A stretch of 64,000 nt of DNA from an uncultured bacterium (lineage in GTDB: Bacteria; Bacillota; Clostridia; Christensenellales; Pumilibacteraceae), in assembly GCA_949744905.1 (NCBI GenBank), contig CATKCE010000135.1, positions 15,888-79,887 on the forward strand. Direction: 5' to 3'. Positions 16,664-26,185 of this stretch are shown here, in pieces. Made by a program: the position numbers and the translations under genes. Every line of letters begins with the position of its first letter. The stretch's first letter is position 1. Below the pieces are notes generated by a model that was not told the origin of the DNA, made no database searches, and worked only from the letters and a program-made list of their open reading frames with translations.

Positions 16664-16857
16664 GAAAAAACCGCCGCTTCAAGGGAAGCAACGGTAATAT
16701 AATATTCAGCCGACGTTGCCGTAGCGACGCCGACCGCACGAAGGGCACAGCCGCTCCGCACGTGAATTTACGTATTTCGTTCTCCCCTTTGCCGTCAGCG
16801 TCGCCGCTTTCGATTCAGGTTCACGATTATTATATACTTTGCGTCCGTATTTGTCAA
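16664..16857 (-). promoter_or_regulatory. promoter TTGACA-17-TATAAT (16829-16857) + ~130-nt structured leader + intrinsic terminator (16664-16695) preceding the TM1266/ABC operon
   Basis: The terminator is ACCGTTGCttcccttgaaGCGGCGGTTTTTT, just before the SD. P1-like pairing CGTGAA...TTCACG and GGCGACGC/GCGTCGC helices lie upstream. This is an attenuator or riboswitch architecture. Confidence 0.5.
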
Positions 16858-16905
16858 TAAAAAAACGACGCCCTTTATAAAGACGCCGTTTTTACCGTTA
16901 CGGTT

Positions 16906-17850
16906 TTATATTTCCACCGTCTCGGTATAGCCGTTTGCGTACTTGAATTCGTAACCGCCGGTCACGCGTTTTGCGATAATTTTGCTTTCGGCTTCGCCGC
17001 TTACGGCTTTTATCTCAAACGTATCGGACGAGTCGCGCTTTTCTATCTTGTATTTGTTTTTCTCGGTCACGACTCCGCTCTTGTCCTTGAACGAAAATTC
17101 AAACTCGGTGCGTTTGTTTTTGCGTTCCACTTCGACTTCGAGCTCCTGTATCTTTTTACCGTCTTTGTATATCTCGTATTCGTACTCGACTTCGCCGTCT
17201 TCCGCGGACTGGCTGACTTTTACGAAGTCGCGGGGATTTTCGCGGCTGAACGTGGTGAACTCAATTTCGGTTTCGACCTCGTCGCCCTCGGTCTCCACTT
17301 CGTGTACGCCTTTAACGTCGAACTGCATATCGCCCGCCACCATTATGCCCTCGAGAGTGGTGGAAACTTCTATCTCTTCCTCGCCGTCGTCTATTTCGAC
17401 GTCGGTCTCGGTGGCGACTTCGTTGTAATACATCTTAAAAGTCTGAGCCGCCGACGCTCCGGGGAAAGATATGGTCATGACATGCGAATATCCGGCAAAA
17501 GCTTCGTCGGTATTCTTTTGTATAGACTGGTTTATGCCGCTTTCGAGTATGCCCTCAAACATGACAAGGCAGTCTTTTATTCCGGTCACCACCTCGTCCG
17601 ACACGGAAGCCGGGCGAGTTGCCGACGCAAAACCGTCGCCTGCGTACAGCGCCGAATTAAGCGAATACGCCGTCGCCGTTCCGCCGTTTTGCGTCATGAG
17701 ATATTCCACTCCGGAAACCGCGCTCATTGCGTAAACGTCTTTGAACGACATTTGATTGTCGCCCGATTTGTTTCCGCAACCGGAAAGCGTAAACGCCGAC
17801 ATAACGCACATTGCGGCGGCGCACATAAAAGTAACTATCTTCTTTTTCAT
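16906..17850 (-). CDS. hypothetical acidic lipoprotein
   Basis: Signal peptide plus lipobox (FTLSGCGN). 314 aa, E/D-rich repetitive C-terminal half. Confidence 0.7.
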   Translation of the reverse strand: MKKKIVTFMCAAAMCVMSAFTLSGCGNKSGDNQMSFKDVYAMSAVSGVEYLMTQNGGTATAYSLNSALYAGDGFASATRPASVSDEVVTGIKDCLVMFEGILESGINQSIQKNTDEAFAGYSHVMTISFPGASAAQTFKMYYNEVATETDVEIDDGEEEIEVSTTLEGIMVAGDMQFDVKGVHEVETEGDEVETEIEFTTFSRENPRDFVKVSQSAEDGEVEYEYEIYKDGKKIQELEVEVERKNKRTEFEFSFKDKSGVVTEKNKYKIEKRDSSDTFEIKAVSGEAESKIIAKRVTGGYEFKYANGYTETVEI

Positions 17851-17964
17851 TTTTTTGTTCCTCCGAATTATTTATTCTACTCTATATACGATATCGACTG
17901 CCGGAAATTCCAACTTTTTTCAAAAAATTTTTATATTTTTTCCGAAAATATTTTTCGCGCGCTG

Positions 17965-18963
17965 TCAGTCGTCGCCGAACAAATGGTCCTCGGCGAGTTC
18001 GAAAAGGTCTTCCAAAAGGTCCTTGAAGTCGTCCTCGTCTTTGCCTTCCTCTATCTCCTCTATCGCTTCGCGCAAGTCTTCCGCGTCTTCTATAAGGTCC
18101 TCGCAAAGTTTATATATGTCTTTGCCGCGCGTTTCGTCAAACTCGAAATCAAGTTCGTAACCGTATTTTTGACAAAACGCCGCCAGATCCGCCAATTCCG
18201 GCACGTCGCCCAAAAATTCTTTATCGTCTTTGTCGGCATACCGCGACAGTTTTTCGACGAGAGCCAGCATTGCCGTCTCTTTTTCTTCGGCGAGTCTCAA
18301 TACGGTCTGTTTGTACCGCTCTATAAGAGACTTCTCGTATTCGCCGAGATCCTTATGCTCGAATTCGTCTTCTATGCGGTCAAGCTCGTCTTCGTCAAGT
18401 ATCGCAAGATTTCCTTTGCCGAGTTCTTCAAGATGGTTTTCCATTGCCGATACTACGCTGTTTTGCTTTGCCGCATAATTTTTGCCGTTTTTGTCCTTTA
18501 CGCAGACTTTTACATTATTGCCTTTTAAGAATCCGTGCGTTTCCAATTTACGTACTATGGCGGAAGTCGCCGTTTCTACTTTTTGCCCCACGTAATTTTC
18601 TTTGTGCAAGAAGATAACGCCGTCTTCGTTCAATCCGTACTGCCTCGTCACTATATCGCGTCCGTCCGCCTCCAAGCGCACGATCGGGTTCACTTCTATC
18701 GTCACGGCGTACGCGCGCATGTCCGCGGAAGGCGCCGCAATACGGAGGGCAAACGGCAGGATAAGACATACTACCGCGGCGCAACAAGCCGCCGCAACCG
18801 CATAAAACCATGCTCTTTTTCTTTTTACCCGGGAGATGCGTGCGTCTTGTTTATCAGCGTTTTCGCTCTTTATGCGCGACCAGTCCACCGCGCGGATTAT
18901 ATTATCCGACAAATCGGGCGCCGCTTGTTCGACTTCGTTCCGTATCTTTTTATCTGTCCGCAT
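17965..18963 (-). CDS. putative membrane-spanning anti-sigma factor
   Basis: It overlaps the upstream ECF sigma gene by 14 nt. There is a single TM (WFYAVAAACCAAVVCLILPFAL) after a ~50-aa cytoplasmic N-terminus. The C-terminal region is extremely acidic. Confidence 0.55.
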   Translation of the reverse strand: MRTDKKIRNEVEQAAPDLSDNIIRAVDWSRIKSENADKQDARISRVKRKRAWFYAVAAACCAAVVCLILPFALRIAAPSADMRAYAVTIEVNPIVRLEADGRDIVTRQYGLNEDGVIFLHKENYVGQKVETATSAIVRKLETHGFLKGNNVKVCVKDKNGKNYAAKQNSVVSAMENHLEELGKGNLAILDEDELDRIEDEFEHKDLGEYEKSLIERYKQTVLRLAEEKETAMLALVEKLSRYADKDDKEFLGDVPELADLAAFCQKYGYELDFEFDETRGKDIYKLCEDLIEDAEDLREAIEEIEEGKDEDDFKDLLEDLFELAEDHLFGDD

Positions 18964-19489
18964 AGTACGCCTCCTTATACAGTTTTTTCGCCTTTTGTAC
19001 GACGGCTTTGTATGTTCTGTATAGCGTGGATACCGGTTTACCCAGCATTTTTGCCGCTTCCACTCTTTTATATCCCATTACCATCGTGAGTTCGAGAATT
19101 TCGTACTCGTCTTTGGTGAGCTTCTCTTTGCACAAGTTGAGGAGCGGAAAGTCTACCAGAGGCGAAGAAAAGTCCTGCGAGCCTCCGTGTTCTTCCGGCG
19201 ATTCGGTAAGTTCCTCTTTTGTCCGCTTTTTGAACTCGTCTAGCGTTTTGTTCCGCGCCGTCGTAAGCAGATACGACATCGGGTTTTTGTTTTCGTCCAC
19301 CCGATACAGCGAATTGAGGAACGAGACATACACTTCCTGCATGACGTCTTCCGCGGCGTTACGGTCACGCATGAACCGTGTGATAATGTACCATACCGCC
19401 GCTTTGGTACCCGAATAAAATTCATTGAAGTACGAACTTTCGCCGTTTTTCAACTTTTTTATCAGAAATTTAAGTCTGTCGTTGTGCAT
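18950..19489 (-). CDS. ECF-type (sigma-70 family) RNA polymerase sigma factor
   Basis: 179 aa. Region 2 (AEDVMQEVYVSFL) and region 4 HTH (GYKRVEAAKMLGKPVSTLYRTYKAVVQKAK). The promoter TTGTCA-17-TATAAT lies upstream. Confidence 0.85.
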   Translation of the reverse strand: MHNDRLKFLIKKLKNGESSYFNEFYSGTKAAVWYIITRFMRDRNAAEDVMQEVYVSFLNSLYRVDENKNPMSYLLTTARNKTLDEFKKRTKEELTESPEEHGGSQDFSSPLVDFPLLNLCKEKLTKDEYEILELTMVMGYKRVEAAKMLGKPVSTLYRTYKAVVQKAKKLYKEAYYADR

Positions 19490-19582
19490 GCTCCGTCCTC
19501 TGTATATACGATCTGGAATATCTCAAATTCCCACTTTTTCCGCTTTTATTATAAAATATTTTTTTATCATTGACAAGCATAT

Positions 19583-19613
19583 AAAAAAGACCGCATAAAA
19601 ACGGTCTTTTTTT
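19583..19613. terminator. bidirectional intrinsic terminator downstream of upp
   Basis: AAAAAAGACCGcataaaaaCGGTCTTTTTTT. Confidence 0.6.
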
Positions 19614-19634
19614 CGTTGCGGTATACCCGCCTCT

Positions 19635-20273
19635 TTATTTCGTGCCGAACAAACGGTCGCCGGCGTCGCCCAGTCCCGGCAGGATATAGCCGTTTTCGTT
19701 AAGACAACGGTCAAGCGTGGCTATGTACACGCTTACGTCAGGATGAGCTTTCGCCACGCGCTCCACTCCCTCGGGTGCGCCGATAACGTTCATGAGTTTT
19801 ATGTCCTTGCACCCGCGACGTTTAAGAAGATCTATCGCGTCGCACGCGCTTCCGCCGGTAGCCAGCATGGGGTCAAGCAACACTACCTGCATTTTTTCTA
19901 TACCGTCGGGGAGTTTGCAGTAATATTCCTTGGGTTCCAAAGTCTCCTCGTCGCGATACATGCCAATGTGGCCCACTTTCGCCGTGGGGAACAGCGTGTG
20001 CACGCCGCTCACCATCCCGAGTCCGGCGCGCAATATGGGCACTATTGCGACGCTTCCTTCCACTACCATCTGCTGATCGCAGTCTTCGAGCGGAGTGCTC
20101 ACTTTTACTATCTTTGTGGGAACGTTCTTAAAACTTTCAAACGCCATGAGCGTGGTTATTTCCTCCACAAGCTCGCGGAATTGTTTGGTCCCGGTGTTCT
20201 TATCGCGCAATATAGCTATCTTATGCTTAATAAGCGGGTGGTCGAAAACGGTCACGTTTTTGTAATTTTTCAT
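19635..20273 (-). CDS. upp: uracil phosphoribosyltransferase
   Basis: 212 aa. [19 protein letters not shown] and [13 protein letters not shown] (the PRPP loop). Confidence 0.95.
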   Translation of the reverse strand: MKNYKNVTVFDHPLIKHKIAILRDKNTGTKQFRELVEEITTLMAFESFKNVPTKIVKVSTPLEDCDQQMVVEGSVAIVPILRAGLGMVSGVHTLFPTAKVGHIGMYRDEETLEPKEYYCKLPDGIEKMQVVLLDPMLATGGSACDAIDLLKRRGCKDIKLMNVIGAPEGVERVAKAHPDVSVYIATLDRCLNENGYILPGLGDAGDRLFGTK

Positions 20274-20300
20274 TCCTTTTTCCCTCTATGTCCGATATCG

Positions 20301-21809
20301 TTATTCTTCGGCGGAGCCGTTATTCTCCGCAGTCGCGTCGGTTTGTTGTTCCGCGGACACAGAGTCCTTTGCGTCGACGGCATCTGCTCCCGATACTTCC
20401 ATAGCGTCGGTTATACCGTTGGTCAACGAAACTTTCGCGTTATCTTTCGCCGTCTTTTGTTCCTCGGTCTCCTCTTTTTTGTTGGGGATAACAAGATTTA
20501 GGACTATCGCAAGCACGGTGCATATCGCAAGCGCGCTTATTTCCACAAAGCCGCCGCCCGAAGTGGCGAACCCGACTTTGAGAGCGTTGTTGCCGCTTAT
20601 CGAGCCGGCAAGCGAACAAGCGCCCAAACCCAACCCCACCGAAAGCGTCACCGCTACTACTATGAGGTTTTTGGTGTCTCCGAAATCGACTTTCGCATCC
20701 ACAAGAGCGCGCAGACCGGACGCGGCTATCATGCCGAACAGCACTATGCACGCGCCGCCCACTACCGCGGTGGGCATTCCTGAGAGTATCTCTCCGAAGG
20801 GAACGAACAAGCCGAGCACTACGGCGAAACACGCCGCAAGGAAGATATTTTTGGGATTGTAATTCTTGGTTATCGCAAGCACCGCGGTGTTTTCACCGTA
20901 AGTGGTGTTGGCGGGTCCGCCCAAAAGTCCGGACACGGCGGTCGCAACGCCGTCGCCGAGCACGGTACGGTGCAGTCCGGGGTCTACCATAAAGTCCTTT
21001 CCGCATACCGTACTGTTAGCCGAAACGTCGCCGAGATGTTCCATAAAGGTAACTATCGCTATGGGGATTATGCTGAGCATTGCCGTGGCGACCAACCCGC
21101 CGTCGAGCTCTTTCCACGCGCCCCAAAAGCCCCAGGTCTCTTTCGCCTGCTGGAAGATGACTATATCGCCGGAAAACATGTGCTTAAAGTCAACAAGTCC
21201 GACGCAAGCGCCGTATACGTAACCCACCACAAATCCTATAAGTATGGGTATTACTTTTAAAAAGCTCTTGGGCTTTGCGAACGCGTTGATACATATTATT
21301 GTAAGCGCGGTTATGACGGCGGTAGTCCATTCTTTCCATGCCACCGAGCCGTACGAAACATAATTGGCAATTATGTCGTTCCAAAAAATACTTCCGGCAA
21401 GATTCATGCCTATGACTATGATCACCGGTCCCACGACAATGGGCGGAAACAGTTTTTTTATTCTTTGCACGCCCACGAATTTTATTACCACGGCCAGTAA
21501 AACGTAAACAAGTCCGGCGCACACCAACGCCAGCATAGCCGCAAGCGCCGACGCATTATAGCTTCCTCCGTACGTGAACACCGTGATAAGTCCCGGCATA
21601 AACGCGAAACTGCTGCCCAAAAACACCGGAACTTTACGTTTTGTAAGAAAATAAAAGATTATGGTGCCCACGCCTGCCGAAATAAGAGCCAACGGGATAC
21701 TCATACCCACTACCAGAGGCACCGTTATAGTAGCGCCCAGCATAGCGAACATGTGCTGCAAGCTGAGCACAATGTCTTTTCCGCCGAAAAGCGGTTTTTT
21801 TGCCGTCAT
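20301..21809 (-). CDS. uraA: uracil/xanthine permease (NCS2 family) with ~60-aa hydrophilic C-terminal extension
   Basis: I chose the start at MTAKKPLF (GGAGAGG SD). LSLQHMFAMLGATITVPLVVG is the typical NCS2 N-terminus. It sits in tandem with upp. Confidence 0.88.
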   Translation of the reverse strand: MTAKKPLFGGKDIVLSLQHMFAMLGATITVPLVVGMSIPLALISAGVGTIIFYFLTKRKVPVFLGSSFAFMPGLITVFTYGGSYNASALAAMLALVCAGLVYVLLAVVIKFVGVQRIKKLFPPIVVGPVIIVIGMNLAGSIFWNDIIANYVSYGSVAWKEWTTAVITALTIICINAFAKPKSFLKVIPILIGFVVGYVYGACVGLVDFKHMFSGDIVIFQQAKETWGFWGAWKELDGGLVATAMLSIIPIAIVTFMEHLGDVSANSTVCGKDFMVDPGLHRTVLGDGVATAVSGLLGGPANTTYGENTAVLAITKNYNPKNIFLAACFAVVLGLFVPFGEILSGMPTAVVGGACIVLFGMIAASGLRALVDAKVDFGDTKNLIVVAVTLSVGLGLGACSLAGSISGNNALKVGFATSGGGFVEISALAICTVLAIVLNLVIPNKKEETEEQKTAKDNAKVSLTNGITDAMEVSGADAVDAKDSVSAEQQTDATAENNGSAEE

Positions 21810-22028
21810 CTTTCCTCTCCTTTTGTAAAACATTTTCACGCGCAGACGCGCGTCTTTCAATATTCAATTATAAAGGCGCACAAGTCAAAAGTCAACCTTT
21901 TGCGCGGCGGAATGCGCATAAATTCGACACCCTATCACGTCGTGCAAACAAGCTCCCTTGTCCGCTACGGTATAATAGACGCTACTAATGGGCAAACTAC
22001 CGAGTATCAAAAACAAGGAGTTAATATA

Positions 22029-23291
22029 ATGTCTTTCAATCCTTTTACCGTAAAGCCTATGCCGATGAACAAATGTTTCGACAACTGGAACAAACTGTAT
22101 CCCAAGGCATACGACAAAAACGAAGTCGACCCTTACACCAAGGTGCGCATCATCCTTATGAACGGCACCGAATTCGAGGCGCAGTGGTTTTTACACAACT
22201 TTGCGCGGCATTGCAACAACAACGACATCCGCCGCGAGCTTGCTCTTACGCGCAGAATAGAACAGCAACAGCAAAAAAAGATAAGCATGCTCAAGCCCAT
22301 GGACGAAAGCACGCTTGAAACCACGATCTCTTACGAACAACTTGCCGTGGACCTCACCGCCATAATGGCGCAGTACGATCCCGACCCTTACGTAAAAGCG
22401 GCTCTCGACTTCGCTCTTTTAGAGGACTTCGATCATCTTTACCGTTACAGCGATCTGCTTGAAATGGAAGAAGGCATACGCGGCGAACGCCTTGTGGGAA
22501 GCTACACCGAGATCATGCCCGGCAGACCCACTATAAGCGAACACCGCTATCCGTTTGACGACGTACGCAGATTCGCGCCCATAAAATCGTCCGATATGCT
22601 CACCAATCTGCACACCATGATAATAACCGCCGCCGAACAGCAGACGATGAACTATTATATGAATATAGGGCAAACGCACAAGACCGAACTCGGACGCCGT
22701 CTTTACAGCGAGATAGCCATGATAGAGGAACAGCATGTAACGCAGTACGAAAGTCTTATAGACCCCAACTCGACATGGATGGAAATGGCGTTGTGCCACG
22801 AATACGCGGAGTGCTACCTCTACTACTCCATGATGAACGACGAGACCGATCCCCGCGTGCGCGACATCTGGGAAGAACACTTCAATATGGAAATAGCGCA
22901 CCTGCACGCAGCCGCGAACATGCTTAAAAAGTACGAGAAAAAGGAGTGGCAGCAGGTCATCCCCGTAGGCGAATTCCCCATGCTCCTTTCGTTTGACAAG
23001 AATATAGAAAATAATAAAAAATACGTGCGCAACGTGCTTAAAAACACCGTTAACAATACGTCGGTACTCGAAGAATACACCGAAGTATGCTCTATCCCCG
23101 AAAATTACGAATTCTTCAAGTACAACGATACAGTAAACGGTTCTTCGGGAAACGGGGCGAGCCACAACGTCATCGAGCAGTATATCACCGAAGCCGGAGA
23201 GGACTACCGCTTCCAGGAAAGCAACCATCCGGTCAAAGAATTGCAATGCCGCACCTGCGACAATACCGACGTGGGCAGAACTTGCAGATAA
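22029..23291 (+). CDS. ferritin-like (di-iron, ExxH motifs) domain protein, function unknown
   Basis: AAGGAG SD before the ATG at 22029 (the ORF-track start at 21753 lies inside the uraA promoter region). Motifs are IEEQHVTQYE and MEIAHLHAA, plus an earlier EFEAQWFLHNF helix. Confidence 0.6.
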   Translation: MSFNPFTVKPMPMNKCFDNWNKLYPKAYDKNEVDPYTKVRIILMNGTEFEAQWFLHNFARHCNNNDIRRELALTRRIEQQQQKKISMLKPMDESTLETTISYEQLAVDLTAIMAQYDPDPYVKAALDFALLEDFDHLYRYSDLLEMEEGIRGERLVGSYTEIMPGRPTISEHRYPFDDVRRFAPIKSSDMLTNLHTMIITAAEQQTMNYYMNIGQTHKTELGRRLYSEIAMIEEQHVTQYESLIDPNSTWMEMALCHEYAECYLYYSMMNDETDPRVRDIWEEHFNMEIAHLHAAANMLKKYEKKEWQQVIPVGEFPMLLSFDKNIENNKKYVRNVLKNTVNNTSVLEEYTEVCSIPENYEFFKYNDTVNGSSGNGASHNVIEQYITEAGEDYRFQESNHPVKELQCRTCDNTDVGRTCR

Positions 23292-23325
23292 CGCGGTCTG
23301 CCGTCTGTAAAAAACAAAACCGTAC

Positions 23326-23360
23326 AAAAAGCCGCCGCATTTAAGCGCGACGGCTTTTTT
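23326..23360. terminator. bidirectional intrinsic terminator
   Basis: AAAAAGCCGCCGCatttaaGCGCGACGGCTTTTTT between convergent genes. Confidence 0.6.
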
Positions 23361-23367
23361 ATTGCAG

Positions 23368-24723
23368 TTATACGTTTTGTTCCGAAACTTCTTCCATAAT
23401 ACTCTCCGGCACGGCGGGAGGGTCGCCGCCGATCTCCGCACCTGCTCCCGCGGAATCCGCGTCCGTAACGGAAGCTTGCGCCGCCACGGTTTGTTTACCG
23501 TCCGAAAGTCCGTTTTCCGCGCCTCCGAGCGGCAATCCGCCGTCTTTACGGTACAGCAGTTTAAGTATTATCGGAGTCGCGAGCGAAGATATTATGACAA
23601 GAAGTATCACCGGAGCAAGGTAGACCTGAGATATGAGTCCCGCCCGTATCCCCTTTTGCGCGACTATCAAAGCGACTTCTCCGCGCGCCATCATGCCTAT
23701 CCCCACCTGCGTCGACTCGCGCCAGCTGAATTTACACAACTTTGCCGCGGCTCCGCAGCCCAGCACCTTGCCTCCCATACCCGCTATCACAAACAAAGCG
23801 CAGAACAACAAAAGTTGTAGTCTGAATCCGGAAAAATCGGTCTCTATGCCTATATTTGCGAAAAACACCGGCGAAAATATCATATACGAACTTACGTCTA
23901 TCTTGCGCTCTATGTACCCGGTCTCTTTAAGATTTGACAGCATTATGCCCGCAAGATACGCGCCCGTTATATCCGCTATACCGAAGAAACGCACCGCGCA
24001 GAACGCATACACGAAGCATACTACAAGTCCGAAGATGGGGACGCGCCGCTTGTGGGGATACTTTTTGGCAAGCCAGCGAAACAAAAAGTTGAGTCCCACT
24101 CCGACTCCTATGCCGAGTATGAAAAACAACGCGGTGTTTACAAGCACCATGTAAGGCTTGGTCTCGGAAGGATTTTTCATGCCTATGACGAACGTGAGCA
24201 CGATTATTCCCACAACGTCGTCTATTATCGCCGCCGACAATATCACCGTGCCGGTCTTTCCTTTCAGTTTGCCCAGTTCGCGCAAAGTTTCCACCGTAAT
24301 TGAAACGCTTGTGGCGGTAAGGATAACGCCTATGAAAACGCAGGACAATATATCATGCGTGCTGTTTGTCCCGAAGAACGGTATCGCGATGCAAAAGCCC
24401 AATCCGAGCGGCACCATAACGCCCAACAATGCGACGAAACCCGCTTTAAGTCCGCAATTTTTAAGTTCTTTGAGGTCGGTCTCGAGTCCGGCGTTGAACA
24501 TAAGCATTATCACGCCGAGTTCGGCTATGTCTTTGAGAAAATCCGTCGAATCCACGGGTATGAATTTTCCGCCGGTCACGGGCCCCCAAATAGCCGGACC
24601 GATCAAAATACCGGCAAGCAGCGCTCCCACTACCTGCGGCAATCCGAACTTTTTCATTATAAGCCCCAGTATCTTGGTGGCAAATAATATTATCGCCAGA
24701 TCCAACAAAAACCGATAATCCAT
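23368..24723 (-). CDS. cation:proton antiporter (CPA2 / Na_H_Exchanger family)
   Basis: I chose the start at MDYRFLLDLAIILFATKILGLIMKKFGLPQVVGALLAGILIGP, a typical CPA2 N-terminus. About 12 TMs. Confidence 0.85.
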   Translation of the reverse strand: MDYRFLLDLAIILFATKILGLIMKKFGLPQVVGALLAGILIGPAIWGPVTGGKFIPVDSTDFLKDIAELGVIMLMFNAGLETDLKELKNCGLKAGFVALLGVMVPLGLGFCIAIPFFGTNSTHDILSCVFIGVILTATSVSITVETLRELGKLKGKTGTVILSAAIIDDVVGIIVLTFVIGMKNPSETKPYMVLVNTALFFILGIGVGVGLNFLFRWLAKKYPHKRRVPIFGLVVCFVYAFCAVRFFGIADITGAYLAGIMLSNLKETGYIERKIDVSSYMIFSPVFFANIGIETDFSGFRLQLLLFCALFVIAGMGGKVLGCGAAAKLCKFSWRESTQVGIGMMARGEVALIVAQKGIRAGLISQVYLAPVILLVIISSLATPIILKLLYRKDGGLPLGGAENGLSDGKQTVAAQASVTDADSAGAGAEIGGDPPAVPESIMEEVSEQNV

Positions 24724-24799
24724 TTTTCCGTTTGTCTCCGAGAATGCGTACGGCTTGCGCCGCACAAATTATAGTACTGTTTTAAGATTATGTCAAGCA

Positions 24800-24828
24800 T
24801 TGACCTATGTAATATTACATGATATAAT
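24800..24828 (+). promoter_or_regulatory. promoter TTGACC-17-TATAAT ending 9 nt before the ATG at 24838 (near-leaderless, no SD)
   Basis: TTGACCtatgtaatattacatgaTATAATatcgtttgtATG. Confidence 0.5.
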
Positions 24829-24837
24829 ATCGTTTGT

Positions 24838-26172
24838 ATGAATGTCGGCGATCTACATATAAATAACGATTTTATCAAACGCATGCGCGAACTTCTTTCG
24901 GGCGACGACTTTTCGGCTTACGCGGAAGCGTTGAACCGTCCTCCCGTGCGGCTCGCGCGTCTCAACCCTTTGAAACCCGCGCCTATATCTCTTATATCCG
25001 ACGAGACGGGGGATTTCCCTTTACTGGCGCCATCGGCGAAACCCGGAAAAGGCGCGCTCCACGCCGCGGGGGCGTACTATGTGCAGGAACCCGCGGCGGC
25101 GGCGGTAGCCGGACTTATCGCGCCGTTTTTGCCGCAGGGCGGAAAAGTCCTCGATATGTGCGCCGCTCCCGGCGGAAAAATCACCGCGGCGGCGGCGGAA
25201 CGCCCCGACTGCGAATTCGTCGCCAACGAAACGGTATTTTCCCGCGCGAAGATACTGCTTTCAAACGTAGAACGCATGGGGCTTCGCAACTGTACCGTAA
25301 CTTCACTGCGCCCCGACAGTCTGTCGGGATACGGCGCGGGCTTGTTCGACGCCGTGATAGCCGACGTGCCGTGCTCCGGCGAAGGCATGCTGAGAAAAAC
25401 AGGTTTTGAGTCGGGCGACCTTAGCGACGAATGCGTAAACGCCTGCGCCGCGCGAGCCGAAAAGATACTCGACGAATGCGACAAATGCCTTGCCGGCGGC
25501 GGGATATTGCTGTTTTCGACCTGCACGTTCAATATCCGCGAAAACGAAGACCAGGTTTTACGGCTTATGCGCGAATACGGATACGAGCCGCTCGAGCCGG
25601 AGCGGCGGTGCGAAAAATCGCGCTGCGGTTACGGCATAAAACAAGCCGTGCGCTTTTTTCCGCAGGACGGCGGCGGAGAGGGGCATTTCGCCTGCCTGCT
25701 GAAAAAACCGAATTCGCCCGAGCAATCCGCACGGCGACATAAGCGCGGATCGGCACACGGCGACAAGCGCATATCCGCGGTACAAAAAATGCTCCGACAG
25801 ATAACAAACGAAAACTTCGACGCCGGACGCATGCTCGCACAGGGCGAAGGATTGGAATACGTTTCGTCCGATTATCCGTTTTATTCTTTCCCCGCCTTGC
25901 GGCGCGGGATACGGCTCGCAGATTTTAACGGCGACAGAGCGATACCGCACCACCACTTCGCAACCGCGGCAAACGCGGATCTGCTAATCTCCTCCCCCGA
26001 TTATATTCCCTCGGCAAAAGAAATTTCGGCATATCTTTCCGGAAACGAATTTTATTGCGACGCGCCCGACGGATACCGCGTGCTTAAAACGGCGGGCATA
26101 ACTCTGGGACTTGTAAAGATATCGGGCAGCGCGGCAAAAAACCGCTATCCCAAAGGACTGCGGTTCACTTAA
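24838..26172 (+). CDS. RsmB/RsmF-like (NOL1/NOP2/Sun) RNA m5C methyltransferase
   Basis: DMCAAPGGKITAAA (SAM motif), DVPCSGEGMLRK and FSTCTF catalytic Cys motifs. Confidence 0.85.
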   Translation: MNVGDLHINNDFIKRMRELLSGDDFSAYAEALNRPPVRLARLNPLKPAPISLISDETGDFPLLAPSAKPGKGALHAAGAYYVQEPAAAAVAGLIAPFLPQGGKVLDMCAAPGGKITAAAAERPDCEFVANETVFSRAKILLSNVERMGLRNCTVTSLRPDSLSGYGAGLFDAVIADVPCSGEGMLRKTGFESGDLSDECVNACAARAEKILDECDKCLAGGGILLFSTCTFNIRENEDQVLRLMREYGYEPLEPERRCEKSRCGYGIKQAVRFFPQDGGGEGHFACLLKKPNSPEQSARRHKRGSAHGDKRISAVQKMLRQITNENFDAGRMLAQGEGLEYVSSDYPFYSFPALRRGIRLADFNGDRAIPHHHFATAANADLLISSPDYIPSAKEISAYLSGNEFYCDAPDGYRVLKTAGITLGLVKISGSAAKNRYPKGLRFT

Positions 26173-26185
26173 ACATATTATCCGA

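Noticed and set aside
16696-16822. An attempt to call the ABC-operon leader a TPP or yybP-ykoY (Mn) riboswitch.
   Set aside because: Only fragments resemble the consensus (GAACCUGA; AAAGGGGAG). The CUGAGA pyrimidine-sensor element of TPP and the second conserved half of yybP-ykoY are absent. The class is left unassigned.
21753-22028. N-terminal 92-codon extension of the ferritin-like ORF, and the 17-codon extension of uraA (to 21860).
   Set aside because: The extensions run through the divergent promoter region. Strong SDs precede the internal ATGs at 22029 and 21809.
21810-22028. PyrR-type attenuator upstream of uraA-upp.
   Set aside because: I looked for the PyrR binding loop (ARUCCAGAGAGGYU) and a leader terminator. 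Only a short GC palindrome (AGACGCGCGTCT) is present, with no U-tract terminator.
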